64,000 nucleotides of DNA from a virus, in IMG/VR virus record IMGVR_UViG_3300010885_050383, positions 9,876 to 73,875 of that record, one strand, 5' to 3'. Of this stretch, positions 57,301 through 64,000 are shown piece after piece (the stretch's first letter is position 1; the number at the start of each line of letters is the position of its first letter). Under the pieces are notes generated by a model that had not been told where the DNA came from, searched no databases, and saw only the letters and a list, made by a program, of their open reading frames with translations. The position numbers and the translations under genes were made by a program.

Positions 57301-57699
57301 ATGAAAACCCAAATTACAACATTTGTAAAATCCACCTCATTAGTTTTATTCCTATCATTGTTAATTTCTTTTGCTGTGTGGCTTTTTAAAGGAAATTATA
57401 TTGCTGCTTTTATCCTTTCAGTAACCCTTCAATATATTCTTTTTAGTTTTATTGGAACTATAGTCAATAACTATTTTTTACAACAAACAAGACAAAAAGA
57501 ACTAGATAAAATTGAGCAACTGTCTTCTATTTTAGAATGTGCTTCATGTAAAAAAAATAATATTATAACCTTTATTCCAGATGAAAAAGAACGAGTAGAA
57601 TTTGTTTGTGATGGATGCAGTAAGAAAAATGTAGTCAATATTGTTTTTAGTGTAGCAGGAGTTACCGAGCCAATCGTTATGAGCAACCCTACAATTTAA
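57301..57699 (+). CDS. two-TM membrane protein with C-terminal zinc ribbon
   Basis: Two hydrophobic helices (about aa 12-28 and 33-55); CASC...CDGC. Confidence 0.65.
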   Translation: MKTQITTFVKSTSLVLFLSLLISFAVWLFKGNYIAAFILSVTLQYILFSFIGTIVNNYFLQQTRQKELDKIEQLSSILECASCKKNNIITFIPDEKERVEFVCDGCSKKNVVNIVFSVAGVTEPIVMSNPTI

Positions 57700-57703
57700 G
57701 ACT

Positions 57704-58000
57704 ATGAACCAAACAAAAACAAAAAACGAAAAAAGCAATAACTTACAATGGTGGGAAAAAACTCACTCAGATGCTTCTACAATGGCTAGATGGATAGCAA
57801 TGTATGAAGCAGTTAACATTGTTGCGGATAAAGCAGACGAAAGAAAAATTGATCCCAAAGATGTTGTTTATAAACCTAAAGCTATTTTAGATTATATCGA
57901 AAAAACACAACCAATCATTATGCGAAAACTTCTTGAGCAAGATTACAAAATTCAAATTTGCTATTCCGAAGAGCCTTCATTAGAAATACAAACAATTTAG
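57704..58000 (+). CDS. hypothetical protein
   Basis: 98-aa ORF. Confidence 0.55.
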   Translation: MNQTKTKNEKSNNLQWWEKTHSDASTMARWIAMYEAVNIVADKADERKIDPKDVVYKPKAILDYIEKTQPIIMRKLLEQDYKIQICYSEEPSLEIQTI

Positions 58001-58623
58001 TAACCACCATATACACTAGTATTATCGCAAGGATTTTCAGTTGCATAATCAAAATCGTTTAAGGATGCTTGATTGGCTTGTGTAGTATCATTCAAAGGAT
58101 TATTACCCATAAGAGGCGGTGCATCTGGAGAATAACTGGCTTCGTAACGCTTACCTTTAAAAAACCAAACATAATGACCACCAAGAGGATTGCCTTGAAA
58201 CTCATCGATTATTTCCGTAAACTGATATACAGTCGCACCTCTTTTTGGATAGTTCAGACGATCTTGACCATATTCTGATAATTGAATTACATCTCCAACT
58301 TTTGGCTCTGTACCAGAACCATATATAGAAGTATATGTTGTTGGATGAATCACACCAGCAATATCACTATCTGCTACGATTCCAAATTTAGATAACAGTA
58401 AAGTATCTTGAGTAATGTTTAACAAAATAATCATTGGTTGTGGGGGCAAGAACCCAGCATTTGGTTGTTCTCCATAAAGGAAATACGAAGAAGATAAGCT
58501 AGTTCCTAATGAATAGTAATTTATATCCTGACCATAAATATTAATTTGTTCTAACCACCAGTTAGAAAAATTAATTCTTTCATTTTTATTTACTGTTTTA
58601 TTTAAAAATCTTAAAGTTTCCAT
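57997..58623 (-). CDS. neck/head-completion protein (gp14-like)
   Basis: 'EQINIYGQDINYY','LYGE','LSKFGI','PKVGDVI'. Confidence 0.7.
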   Translation of the reverse strand: METLRFLNKTVNKNERINFSNWWLEQINIYGQDINYYSLGTSLSSSYFLYGEQPNAGFLPPQPMIILLNITQDTLLLSKFGIVADSDIAGVIHPTTYTSIYGSGTEPKVGDVIQLSEYGQDRLNYPKRGATVYQFTEIIDEFQGNPLGGHYVWFFKGKRYEASYSPDAPPLMGNNPLNDTTQANQASLNDFDYATENPCDNTSVYGGY

Positions 58624-58624
58624 T

Positions 58625-59017
58625 TTATTTTACTTTTGGTTTTTGTCTTGATATAAAAAACTTCCCTTCTCTATCTTCATTTTCTTCTGGTTCCTCTTCA
58701 GAAGGGATATAATGAACCACCACTCCAGACTGTTTTACTGCCTTTGAATAAGGCTCGTCTGGTGTATGAACTAGTCCATAAGTCTTTAATATTCCGTTTG
58801 GACCAGTAGCATCTAAAGTATTTAATGCCCATTTCCCAATTAAATTATTTTTTACAAGCCTATCTATTACAGGATGATCCTTATCTCCTTTATAACCATA
58901 TTTGTTAGCAACTTGATTTTGATGCTTTCTTGTAGGTGATCTTAAAAGATGTTGGTGTTGAACTCTGCTATTTTCTGTTGGCTTTTCAAATTTAAAATAT
59001 TGTTTAAAATTTTCCAT
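58625..59017 (-). CDS. hypothetical protein, leader MENFKQYFKFE; candidate internal head protein
   Basis: 130-aa ORF; leader closest to the T4 IP-type 'MKTYQEFI.E'; TAAGTA at 59025-59030 (minus). Confidence 0.55.
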   Translation of the reverse strand: MENFKQYFKFEKPTENSRVQHQHLLRSPTRKHQNQVANKYGYKGDKDHPVIDRLVKNNLIGKWALNTLDATGPNGILKTYGLVHTPDEPYSKAVKQSGVVVHYIPSEEEPEENEDREGKFFISRQKPKVK

Positions 59018-59035
59018 GTATGTATACTTACAAAC

Positions 59036-59062
59036 AAAAAAGCCCTCCGAAGAGGGCTTTTT
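59036..59062 (-). terminator. intrinsic terminator with cUUCGg tetraloop
   Basis: Minus strand AAAAAGCCCTC-TTCG-GAGGGCTTTTTT after stop 59084; A/T tracts on both sides. Confidence 0.9.
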
Positions 59063-59083
59063 CTTATTATTTTATCTTATTTT

Positions 59084-59935
59084 TTATTGTTCAAAAAGAG
59101 GAGTGTTTTTGGCTTTAACTCCACCTACATTATTGCTCTTCTTTTGAAGAACTTCGCCTTTATTTTTGTAAGGTTCCCATTTACCAGTAGGTTTGACACC
59201 TTTAGGTACTTCGGCTTTCTTACCAGCTGGTTTTTTTGTGACAGTTGTTCCTTTAACAACTTGGTTGCTGTGTTGGGTAAGATCTTCAGATGGGTGGAAT
59301 TCTGAGATTTCTGTGGCTTCTTCAGCTACAGGAACTTCCTCGCCCATATCTTCTTCATCTTCATTGCCAAAATCTTCATCTTCATTGCCAAAATCTTCAT
59401 CTTCGTCGCCAAAATCTTCTTCGCCAGATTCATGGTTAGCTAATCTTTCCAAAGCTTCTACGGCTGATTTAAGATGATCAAGAACGGTGTGAAGACTTTT
59501 TTCTTCACCCTCTTCTTCACCAAATTCTCCATCTTCTTCACCATCATTTTCATCTTGATCTTCTACTGAAGTATTAAAGTCAAAACTATCTCCATCTTCG
59601 GAAGCTTCAAAACCATCTTCCATACCACCCATATCTTCTTCAGAAAGAATTTTATTGAAAAGAAGATCAAAAGGATTTCTTACACTTTCGAGTTTATGAG
59701 GAAGTGATTCAGATTCAACTTCGGAGTGAGGACCTTGAACAGGTTTTTCAATTTCACCCTTAACATTTTTCTCTGGATCAAAAGCCGAGGCTGGCTTTTT
59801 GTTTTTTTCGCTTTCATCATTACCATAGGGTTTACCGTTTACTAATTTCTTAGTTTCATCGGCAATTCCACTAGAGGTAAAGTTTGAGGCTTTATCTTCG
59901 TTTAATACTTTGAGGTATGATTTCATTAATGACAT
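59084..59935 (-). CDS. highly acidic protein (prohead core/internal-protein-like)
   Basis: Leader MSLMKSYLKVLNE; internal FDLLFNKILSE; E/D-rich middle; own late-type motif (59949-59954) and terminator. Confidence 0.6.
   Translation of the reverse strand: MSLMKSYLKVLNEDKASNFTSSGIADETKKLVNGKPYGNDESEKNKKPASAFDPEKNVKGEIEKPVQGPHSEVESESLPHKLESVRNPFDLLFNKILSEEDMGGMEDGFEASEDGDSFDFNTSVEDQDENDGEEDGEFGEEEGEEKSLHTVLDHLKSAVEALERLANHESGEEDFGDEDEDFGNEDEDFGNEDEEDMGEEVPVAEEATEISEFHPSEDLTQHSNQVVKGTTVTKKPAGKKAEVPKGVKPTGKWEPYKNKGEVLQKKSNNVGGVKAKNTPLFEQ
59352..59419. repeat. 21-bp tandem repeat x3 encoding EDFG(N/D)ED
   Basis: TCTTCATCTTCATTGCCAAAA x2 plus one variant copy. Confidence 0.9.
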
Positions 59936-59978
59936 ATGCTTATAAAAATATTTATCCTAGATTGTTACAATTTCAATA

Positions 59979-60593
59979 TTATTTTTTCTTTATGGCTTTT
60001 GATGTAATTGTTTTACCGTATTTATTTGCACCTTTTTTGATACCTTTAATAATTCTTTCTTTTTTATCTTTGCTGTAATGATGTCCTGTTTTCTTTTCAA
60101 GAGCTTTTTCAACAGCCCAAGGATTAATATTTTTCTTTGCGGACACAGCTTTTCTTTTTGCTTCTTCAATCATTACTTGTGAATAGCAATCTTTTAAAGA
60201 TTCTCCATGAAATTCTTCTCCATCTTCTTCATAACCTTCTCTTCTATGGGCCTCTAAATCCCCTTTAGCTGTAATTTCGTCACTTAATTTTTTTATTCTT
60301 TCTCTAGCAAATGTTAAAATTTCTTCTACAATTTCTTCGTCGCAACCAGTATCTGTTATAAATTCATTGTTAAGATTTGGATGTTTTGACATTATTTCAT
60401 GTACTAGATTTTCAGCAATTTCTGATGCTTTATCATAACCAATATCATTTAAATCATCATCTTGATGTTCTTGGGTGTGTGTGGGGAAACCTTCTCTCGG
60501 ATCTTGTTTTGCAAGATCATGCATTTCAGAATCTTCTTTTAAATAAATCTGGTTATAGGCTTCGGTTAAATTTTTAAAATCTCTATTGTTCAT
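59979..60593 (-). CDS. hypothetical protein, leader MNNRDFKNLTEAYNQIYLKE; acidic N-half, basic C-terminus
   Basis: 204-aa ORF; C-terminal 'NPWAV' with Lys-rich tail; TAAATA at 60601-60606 (minus). Confidence 0.55.
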   Translation of the reverse strand: MNNRDFKNLTEAYNQIYLKEDSEMHDLAKQDPREGFPTHTQEHQDDDLNDIGYDKASEIAENLVHEIMSKHPNLNNEFITDTGCDEEIVEEILTFARERIKKLSDEITAKGDLEAHRREGYEEDGEEFHGESLKDCYSQVMIEEAKRKAVSAKKNINPWAVEKALEKKTGHHYSKDKKERIIKGIKKGANKYGKTITSKAIKKK

Positions 60594-60614
60594 GTAATAT
60601 TATTTACTCTAAAA

Positions 60615-61406
60615 CTACGCATTTTCTAAAATATATTGAACTTCTTTCCCCATATTGATGGTAGGAATTAAATCATAACTATCTTTCCCAGCAACCCAAA
60701 CGATGTGTGGAGGTTCTACTTCAAATCCAGTATTCTTTTCGATCATGTGTTTATAAAGCCAAAGCTGAAGACTATACTTTACAAGTTCACATTCATCTAA
60801 ATGTTCAAATGGGGCAAGTAGTTTATTTCCATAATCACTAGAGCTTGAAATTTTTTTATTTGTCTTGTAATCAAAGATCGCAAGTTTTTTGGTATTTCTA
60901 TTATATGAAAGATTATCAATCGTTCCACAAACACTTGTATCCCGATCTCCGATAACAAATTCAGTCTTGAGAAGAATATAATCTTTTTTCCACCAATTAT
61001 GGAATAGTAAAAAGTTTTTAATAAGCAATGCAACTTCTTCATAATAATCATTTATGAAAATATCTTCTCCACGTTCAAAAAGAAAATTCTTAATAGCCTC
61101 TTGATCGATCTGGATCTGTCTACGCTGAAGATAATTTTCTGCAAATAAATGAAATTCAGAACCTTTGTGGGTCGAATAGTCTCTTTTAAAATCCCACTCT
61201 TTCAAAATTTCTTCTTTGAGAACTCCTTTCTTACGAGCAACTCTTTCTGCTATTTTATCAGAATCAAATGGTTTCTCGTATTTTTTTAAAAGTTTTGTTA
61301 CCGAATATTTTGCTATTTCATTTTTTATTTTATAGGAATGATTTTTCTGAATGAATTTTATATCAGAAAAAGCATCTTCTAGCTTTATGAAGTCTTCTAA
61401 ATTCAT
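60615..61406 (-). CDS. PD-(D/E)XK exonuclease
   Basis: 'SVTKLL','GSEFH...E','TE','CGTIDNL','IFDYKTN','YSLQL.LY'. Confidence 0.82.
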   Translation of the reverse strand: MNLEDFIKLEDAFSDIKFIQKNHSYKIKNEIAKYSVTKLLKKYEKPFDSDKIAERVARKKGVLKEEILKEWDFKRDYSTHKGSEFHLFAENYLQRRQIQIDQEAIKNFLFERGEDIFINDYYEEVALLIKNFLLFHNWWKKDYILLKTEFVIGDRDTSVCGTIDNLSYNRNTKKLAIFDYKTNKKISSSSDYGNKLLAPFEHLDECELVKYSLQLWLYKHMIEKNTGFEVEPPHIVWVAGKDSYDLIPTINMGKEVQYILENA

Positions 61407-62626
61407 CGTCCAAATCCAATTACACGATCATGTTCAACTTTCTTTTCATAAAAATCAACTTTGGTTTTAAGATTATAAATGTCAGCAAGGGACATCTTAT
61501 CTTTAATTTCTTCTTCGATGATTTCTGGGGGGTATTTAAGTGATTCTGCAAGGGTTATAGAATCTTCCTTGGAAAGAAGATCAAACTCATAATCAATTTG
61601 CAATCTACCTTTTCTGCGAAGAGCCTCATCAATATCTTGTTTGGAGCAATTATATGTTAAAATGATAGCTGTTTTCATGATATCACTCATGATACCATCT
61701 GAAAGATTAAGAAGAGAAGATACAGAGGAAGAACTTCCTGAACCCTCACGTTTTAGAATGGCTTTTTCAGCATCTTCTAAAACAAGAACAGAATTGGGTT
61801 TCTTCAACAGAACCGAAAGACTATTTGGATCAGTAGTGAAATACTCCAACATATTAGTAGGAATATAGATAAAATCACGATTGATTTTTCCTGCCAAGTA
61901 TTTGATATAAGTTGTCTTACCAGTTCCGGGTGCTCCATGAAACATATATAAACCATTAGGTTTTTCTGTAAGTCTTTGAGAAACAGTATCATGGACTTCT
62001 TTGAACTTCTTACCATAGTTTAATTCCAAATCCATATCATCATGAGTTTCCAATTTGATCGGCTCAAAATCGTATTCATTATATTGATTTTTAATAAAAA
62101 TATGAACTTTTCCTTTTGTATCTTTTACGATAAAATCCTTAAAGTCTTCGAGAGGAAATTTCTGTATGGATGCAGGGGCAGCAAACATCAAAGAAAAGGT
62201 TTTTGATGCTAGAATATCTTTTTCTTCTTCATTTAAAGGATGTGCATTAGGTATTGATTTATTAAAGTTTGAAAATATAAATATATTTCTATCATCATCA
62301 GATACACCATTTATCGTAAGACGAATATAAATATTTTTATAGTAAAACCAAAAAACTCCACCACTAAGACCCTTATAAGTATTTTCTATTATTGGAACTA
62401 GATTACCTACGGAGGTAAATGTAAGAAGTGTTCCATGTTTGGATATGTGGTCAAAGATGCCCCCTGTAAAGTCATCTGAAGGATAAAAAAAACTGGGACT
62501 ATATCCATAGTTTTTCTCTATGTACCTTCTAATTGGGAAGTCATTTTCATTAGTAAGATTAAAGAAGGGATCTTTGTTATTTGGAATCTTTAGGGATTTT
62601 ACTTTTTCTTTTGGTAAATCAAACAT
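61403..62626 (-). CDS. AAA+ ATPase (BCS1-like)
   Basis: 'GAPGTGKT','LVLEDAE','LLNLSDG','LTYN','IDEALRRKGRL'. Confidence 0.85.
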   Translation of the reverse strand: MFDLPKEKVKSLKIPNNKDPFFNLTNENDFPIRRYIEKNYGYSPSFFYPSDDFTGGIFDHISKHGTLLTFTSVGNLVPIIENTYKGLSGGVFWFYYKNIYIRLTINGVSDDDRNIFIFSNFNKSIPNAHPLNEEEKDILASKTFSLMFAAPASIQKFPLEDFKDFIVKDTKGKVHIFIKNQYNEYDFEPIKLETHDDMDLELNYGKKFKEVHDTVSQRLTEKPNGLYMFHGAPGTGKTTYIKYLAGKINRDFIYIPTNMLEYFTTDPNSLSVLLKKPNSVLVLEDAEKAILKREGSGSSSSVSSLLNLSDGIMSDIMKTAIILTYNCSKQDIDEALRRKGRLQIDYEFDLLSKEDSITLAESLKYPPEIIEEEIKDKMSLADIYNLKTKVDFYEKKVEHDRVIGFGR

Positions 62627-62632
62627 AGGAAC

Positions 62633-62660
62633 ACTATATATGCTTTTGGTTTATATGCAA
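62633..62660 (-). promoter_or_regulatory. sigma70-like promoter for the AAA ATPase (TTGCAT-16-TATAGT), ATG 7 nt downstream
   Basis: Reverse complement TTGCAT ataaaccaaaagcata TATAGT gttcct ATG. Confidence 0.65.
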
Positions 62661-62726
62661 CTATTTTTTTTCTAAAGAGAAATTGAACTCAAAAAGATTT
62701 TAAAACTGATAATAAGTATTATAGGT

Positions 62727-63122
62727 ATGGAAAAACTAGGAAAAATCAAAGTAAAAAAACTATACGACAGATGCTTAAACCTAGTTAGAAAAAAACCTAC
62801 AGGTTTCTTACTTTTTAGAAAGATGGGGTCTTTTCAAGGAAAAATAATTCATGGATATTGTAACTGGACGGATCTAGAAGTTAACCCAAAAGGAGAATTA
62901 CTTGTAACCATATATCATGAGTGTGTTCATTTTTTAGAACCAGATTGGAGTGAAACTCAAGTTATATATGCAGAATCTAGATTAATAAATTGTATGTCAT
63001 TTTTAGATCATGCAAGATTTCTAAAATACGCAGCATTAAAACTTTACAAATCTGAGTTATTAAGGGATGTAACTAAACAGACAAAAAGAAAAAAAATAAG
63101 AAAAAATAAAAATTTGAAATAG
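62727..63122 (+). CDS. small basic protein with HExxH motif (minimal zincin-like)
   Basis: 'HGYC','TIYHECVHF..P.WSE'. Confidence 0.5.
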   Translation: MEKLGKIKVKKLYDRCLNLVRKKPTGFLLFRKMGSFQGKIIHGYCNWTDLEVNPKGELLVTIYHECVHFLEPDWSETQVIYAESRLINCMSFLDHARFLKYAALKLYKSELLRDVTKQTKRKKIRKNKNLK

Positions 63123-63159
63123 TAAAAAATATTGCTATGATTTCACTAAATAAGATATT

Positions 63160-64000
63160 ATGATATTCGACGAACAAATCAGCCGCAAACCTAATCTCTA
63201 TCCTTGGACAGACGAATTTATCGAAGCCATGCATAATGGTTTTTGGACAGATAAAGAATTTAACTTTAAATCAGATGTTCAGCAATTCAAAGTAAATTTG
63301 AATGATCAAGAAAGAGAAATTATCATTCGCACTCTTTCTGCTATTGGTCAGATTGAAATTGCAGTTAAAACATTTTGGGCAAAGCTTGGAGAAAATCTTC
63401 CTCACCCATCACTTTCCGATCTTGGATATGTAATGGCAAATGTAGAAGTTATTCACAATAATGCATACGAAAGATTAATCTCTGCTCTTGGTTTGGAAGA
63501 TATTTTTGAAAAGAACCTCAAACTAGATTGGATCGAAGGTAGAGTCAAATATCTTAGAAAATATACTCACAGATTTTATAAGGATTCCAAGAAGCAATAT
63601 CTTTATGCTCTAATTTTATTCACACTATTTGTTGAGAATGTTAGTTTATTTTCTCAATTCTATGTCATCAATTGGTTTGCTCGTTTTAAGAATGTTCTTA
63701 AAGATACAGACCAACAAGTAAAATATACTCGCAACGAAGAACAGATTCATGGTCTTGTTGGTACAAGAATCATTAATACAATTAGAGAAGAATATCCAGA
63801 ACTTTTTGATGAGGAATTGGAAGCAAAGATTGCACATGAAGCAAAAGAAGCATTTAAATCTGAATCAGAAATTGTTGATTGGATGGTCAATGGAATTAAG
63901 GAAGAAAACTTAACTGCTCCAATTCTTAAAGAATTTATCAAGAATCGTATTAATGATTCTCTCATTCAAATTAAATTCAAGCCTGTATTTGAAATTGATA
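63160..64000 (+). CDS. nrdB: ribonucleotide reductase class I beta subunit, class Id-like; partial (not in ORF track)
   Basis: Manual translation: MIFDEQISRKPNLYPW..FW..E..F..D...'AIGQIEIAVKTFW','EVIHNNAY','FVENVSLFSQF','EEQIHG'. Confidence 0.9.
   Translation, partial: MIFDEQISRKPNLYPWTDEFIEAMHNGFWTDKEFNFKSDVQQFKVNLNDQEREIIIRTLSAIGQIEIAVKTFWAKLGENLPHPSLSDLGYVMANVEVIHNNAYERLISALGLEDIFEKNLKLDWIEGRVKYLRKYTHRFYKDSKKQYLYALILFTLFVENVSLFSQFYVINWFARFKNVLKDTDQQVKYTRNEEQIHGLVGTRIINTIREEYPELFDEELEAKIAHEAKEAFKSESEIVDWMVNGIKEENLTAPILKEFIKNRINDSLIQIKFKPVFEID

Noticed and set aside
57301-57699. Holin call for the two-TM protein
   Set aside because: No adjacent endolysin, an early-type promoter and a Zn-ribbon C-terminus; the evidence is insufficient
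57704-58000. Possible gp33-like late co-activator
   Set aside because: Only vague helical resemblance and no supporting synteny
59352-59419. 21-bp repeats (and the 12-bp repeats at 48761) as a CRISPR array
   Set aside because: Head-to-tail with no spacers, in frame inside coding sequence, and no cas genes
261-63965. Many short antisense or alternate-frame ORFs in the track (e.g. 261..569, 6214..6474, 22131..22523, 25648..26034, 44969..45337, 58949..59305, 63646..63837, 63747..63965)
   Set aside because: They overlap well-supported genes, show antisense-shadow composition (F/S/I/L-rich) and have no motifs
1-64000. Stop-codon reassignment, as in some large phages
   Set aside because: Core genes are full-length in the standard code, and TAA, TAG and TGA all end genes at expected positions

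Overview
This is a 64-kb, AT-rich, gene-dense segment of a large T4-like (contractile-tailed) dsDNA bacteriophage using the standard genetic code. It carries a T4-type replication/recombination set: primase, UvsY, UvsW, gp55 late sigma, gp47/gp46, family B DNA polymerase, UvsX, gp41 helicase, gp32 SSB and gp45 clamp. A minus-strand tail/baseplate block (sheath, tube paralogues, gp26/51, gp53, hub, split gp5) has the large terminase embedded in it. Auxiliary genes are PhoH, a divergent FolE2, a dNMP kinase, a DHH phosphoesterase and a class Id-type RNR beta subunit running off the right end. Most notable: (1) a 12-gene, ~11.8-kb glycan-biosynthesis island splitting gp47 from gp46, plus two more glycosyltransferases outside it, a candidate virion or DNA glycosylation system; (2) about ten otherwise unrelated, mostly acidic proteins sharing an amphipathic leader ending in [LI]-x-E behind a late-promoter motif, resembling T4 capsid-targeting/gp21-cleavage signals; (3) an expression architecture without Shine-Dalgarno sites, in which sigma70-like promoters place +1 on or just before the ATG; (4) charge-depleted, N/Q/S/T-rich tail proteins. 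No tRNA, rRNA, CRISPR array, intron or intein was recognised. All functional calls come from motif recognition by eye, not from database searches.
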